From Vibrio vulnificus CMCP6 (GTDB taxonomy: Bacteria; Pseudomonadota; Gammaproteobacteria; Enterobacterales; Vibrionaceae): a DNA stretch of 32,000 nt. Location: assembly GCF_000039765.1 (NCBI RefSeq), contig NC_004460.2, positions 1,350,001 through 1,382,000 of the forward strand, in the 5' to 3' direction. This document shows, in pieces, positions 29,366-32,000 of the stretch (positions within the stretch are counted from its first letter, which is position 1; every line of letters begins with the position of its first letter). The notes under the pieces were generated by a model. It did no database searches. It saw only the letters and a list, made by a program, of their open reading frames with translations, and had not been told where the DNA came from. Position numbers and translations under genes: made by a program.

Positions 29366-29722
29366 AGGAAACACTCTTATGCAATGAAAATGAAAAAACG
29401 CGTTACCCCCTTAGCACTGAGTTGTTCAGCGATTTAGGAGATTCAGATAACGCGGAATATGTTTTATGTATTTTTAAGGAGGTGAATTATAGGTATTTGA
29501 AATGTGTTTTGAAGGCAAGCAGCGGAAAAACAGTGTTTCCATTTCGCAACAATGGAGTGGGCGGAGGTGAAATGATCCTTGGCTGGATTTGAATATTCAC
29601 TTGCAATAAAAATATGCACTTGCCTATTTTCAACGCAATCCAATTATTCTGACTATACTCACTGTGATGTCGAAAACATGACGTAAGCTTTTATAAAATC
29701 AAAATAAATTGGCAGGTTTTAT

Positions 29723-32000
29723 ATGGATAGAAAACACCTCATTCTAGTTGCACTGGTCATCAGTGTCTTTACAGGTTGCGATAATCACAGTCGGAACAGT
29801 CAGCTTGATACGGATAGCGGTAGCAAAAGGACGGAAATACTGCTCACTAGTCAGTCAGGCGGGAGTGGTGCTGTGGGGCTATGGAGCATTCTAAAAGACG
29901 ACTTGAGTTTGCAAAGTACTTTATTTGAAGCACAAGGTTTGCCAGCCCCTAATATCAGTCAATTGTTCTCTGAAGCTGGAGTTGCCAATATAGGTGGCAA
30001 GAAAACAGGGTTTGTCTATTCGAAAGCCAATCAGAGTTTTTATGGCGTCATAGATAAAGCAGTGATTAAATTTGACCCTACAGCGAATAAAGCCCGTATT
30101 TTGACTCTGATTCCTGAGTTTTATAAGTCCACTTATTATGAGTCATTTAGCCGTTATGTCCTCAAGCCTGTCGTTTCGAAAGATGGCAAAAGTTTGATTG
30201 TGATTGCAACTCGTGGAGGAATGGCTCTTCCTGCTTCGCCTGCGGGGGATTCAACGAGGACGAGTGGTGGATTGGTCCATATTAATATTGATGAATCCAG
30301 CAGTGACTTTGGTAAGGCGAATATTGTTTTTGAATTCTTTGAGCATAGTAATGCTGTGGGTAGAGATTGGCGCGACCGCATATTTGAGATTATGACAGAG
30401 CCAATGCTTTATGATGATGGAACAGACCCATCCATCTTTTTGGGTTCTGAATACGTTGTCATCGACAAAGACATGTGTAACCAATCTGATAATAAATGCA
30501 CAACGTCAGGAAAGCTTTTCAGTATGCATCCGAGCGATCAGAATGATTGGTCAAAACCTTGGAAAGTCCGTGGCAATGTGATGGGGCACACCATAATACT
30601 TGGTCGTACTTCACACTATGATAGTCGAGAAAATGTCATCTGGGGGGGGGGTGAAAATGACTATCAAATGTCGTTGTTCAAAATAACACCTGAAGGAGAA
30701 TGGGCGCCCGACCCTAGTTCAATCGACGGGATATGGAGTCAGTCTCGGATAGTTTGGTCTACCACTCATGGAACTTACCATCCGCAAGCTGTAGTGAGTG
30801 GTTATGGAGATAAAGCTTTAGTTTGGACAACAGGCAGCGTTCCTAATAGCATTCCAGAATTCCGCCATCCTTATTTATCCAATATTTATGCACACAAAGA
30901 GCCTGAGATTTTGCAAAGTTTTCAAGGGTTATGGAAGCCGGATTTAAGTGGTTATGCTAAGCCCGCTCATGTGACGGCGAGTCGAAATAGTTCGACCATG
31001 TGGGTCGTGGGTAACTCCGACGCCACTGCTGAGGACTTTTACCAAAGTCAAATGACTTATTTAAAGCAAACTCACACCTATGGCTCCGCTGAATATAGTA
31101 AAAGCCTGCAAACCTTATTGGACGAATATAATGTGGTTGCTTCGTATGTGGATGAAATTGGTACAAGTTCGCTCTCTCAGCAGCGTTTGTTAGGTGGAGA
31201 TGTGACGGGGGGTACCTTTTTTGCTGGCAGTGTTGCCGTTGGTGATGAAGGCAGCTTGGATAGCCAACTCTACACTGACGGGTTACTGCTTGCGATGGCC
31301 ACAGGTGGTGGCGAACATGGTGATGGCGCTCTGATTAAATACAACCGGAACACAACAGAAGTGACGCGTATTCCTTTGGGCACTAACGAGGCTGGCTATC
31401 CTGTAGGTAAAGCTGCTCAGGTTAGTTCATCCATCGTAATCGGTGGGACATCGAAAGTTGCCCAAGCGAAACTTAAGCCAATGGAAACCTCGGTTGGGAT
31501 CTGGTCTGTAAATCTACAAACAGGTGAGCTCTCTGATGAAAGGTTGCCTGGCACGAATGTCAAAGGAGTTTCTGGGGACGTTTACTTAGAAGCGGCTACG
31601 CCACCTCTGGCCTTTGTTAGAGCTGGCGATGGAGATTTTTGGGCCAATGCGACATATTGGGCGTACGATATACTTTCGTTTGTTGTGAATCCACAAACAC
31701 ATGAGGAGTTTCGTGCCGGTTTAATCAAAGTGGATGGCAAAACTGGGGCAATAAAAGCCGGGCCATTTATCACCACCGATGGGCCCAAATATTTTATAGG
31801 GAATGCGATAACGCCAATCAGTGGCAATGGAGAATTTGCGATGTTCTTTGAAGGTGCAGGGGTGAATGACACGCCGAGCACAGGGCAGAACCTATTCATC
31901 TATGATCTCAATAATATGGATTCGACCAATTACAAAAAAATCGCCTTCTCTCCTGACAACGGTGGACAGTCATCTGGGTTGTGGAGAACTCGTTTTTCAC
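29723..32000 (+). CDS. Large predicted lipoprotein (more than 759 aa, 3' end outside the window) with periodic beta-propeller-like repeats; function unknown
   Basis: I translated it by hand: the frame is open from the ATG at 29723 to the window end with no stop, which explains its absence from the ORF track. The N-terminus MDRKHLILVALVISVFTG|CDNH is a lipoprotein signal with lipobox FTGC and Asp at +2. No competing ORF longer than 105 aa exists on either strand across 2.3 kb. Confidence 0.72.
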   Translation, partial: MDRKHLILVALVISVFTGCDNHSRNSQLDTDSGSKRTEILLTSQSGGSGAVGLWSILKDDLSLQSTLFEAQGLPAPNISQLFSEAGVANIGGKKTGFVYSKANQSFYGVIDKAVIKFDPTANKARILTLIPEFYKSTYYESFSRYVLKPVVSKDGKSLIVIATRGGMALPASPAGDSTRTSGGLVHINIDESSSDFGKANIVFEFFEHSNAVGRDWRDRIFEIMTEPMLYDDGTDPSIFLGSEYVVIDKDMCNQSDNKCTTSGKLFSMHPSDQNDWSKPWKVRGNVMGHTIILGRTSHYDSRENVIWGGGENDYQMSLFKITPEGEWAPDPSSIDGIWSQSRIVWSTTHGTYHPQAVVSGYGDKALVWTTGSVPNSIPEFRHPYLSNIYAHKEPEILQSFQGLWKPDLSGYAKPAHVTASRNSSTMWVVGNSDATAEDFYQSQMTYLKQTHTYGSAEYSKSLQTLLDEYNVVASYVDEIGTSSLSQQRLLGGDVTGGTFFAGSVAVGDEGSLDSQLYTDGLLLAMATGGGEHGDGALIKYNRNTTEVTRIPLGTNEAGYPVGKAAQVSSSIVIGGTSKVAQAKLKPMETSVGIWSVNLQTGELSDERLPGTNVKGVSGDVYLEAATPPLAFVRAGDGDFWANATYWAYDILSFVVNPQTHEEFRAGLIKVDGKTGAIKAGPFITTDGPKYFIGNAITPISGNGEFAMFFEGAGVNDTPSTGQNLFIYDLNNMDSTNYKKIAFSPDNGGQSSGLWRTRFS
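30642..30651 (+). repeat. Homopolymeric G10 tract inside the lipoprotein coding sequence
   Basis: tGGGGGGGGGGt, read in frame as TGG GGG GGG GGT (W-G-G-G). It is the longest G/C homopolymer I saw in the window. Confidence 0.95.

Overview
Vibrionaceae-type chromosomal segment. A Qrr quorum-sensing sRNA at 8360-8469, with its sigma-54 promoter and LuxO sites, is diagnostic for the family, and the gene content resembles a Vibrio second chromosome. I support 23 protein genes. Most are recognisable core functions: potE, pdxY, sstT, rsgA, a translationally coupled copper-chaperone operon (unknown 147-aa protein, SCO1, PCuAC), a DUF368 undecaprenyl-phosphate translocase, malT divergent from malP-malQ, glgB, a methyl-accepting chemotaxis protein, rimO, a LysE-family exporter with a divergent Lrp/AsnC regulator, pcp, and a multidomain AA10 LPMO/chitin-binding protein. 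Most genes end in clear rho-independent terminators. Two stretches are not explained by families I recognise. (i) 8.58-10.9 kb is a tandem 1.06-kb duplication between qrr and malT. It carries two helix-rich cytoplasmic paralogues (333 and 335 aa) that are near-identical over their 3' ~830 nt but strongly diverged over the N-terminal ~60 codons, preceded by a very AT-rich leader. (ii) 28.7-32.0 kb holds a small outer-membrane beta-barrel gene divergent from a lipoprotein ORF of more than 759 aa that runs off the window. This ORF is absent from the ORF track, probably because it has no stop in the window. It shows a periodic beta-propeller-like repeat and an in-frame G10 tract whose +1 or -1 slippage gives an almost immediate stop. 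I saw no CRISPR array, IS element, transposase, integrase, tRNA or rRNA. All family assignments come from reading the translations and recalling homologues. No database search was run.
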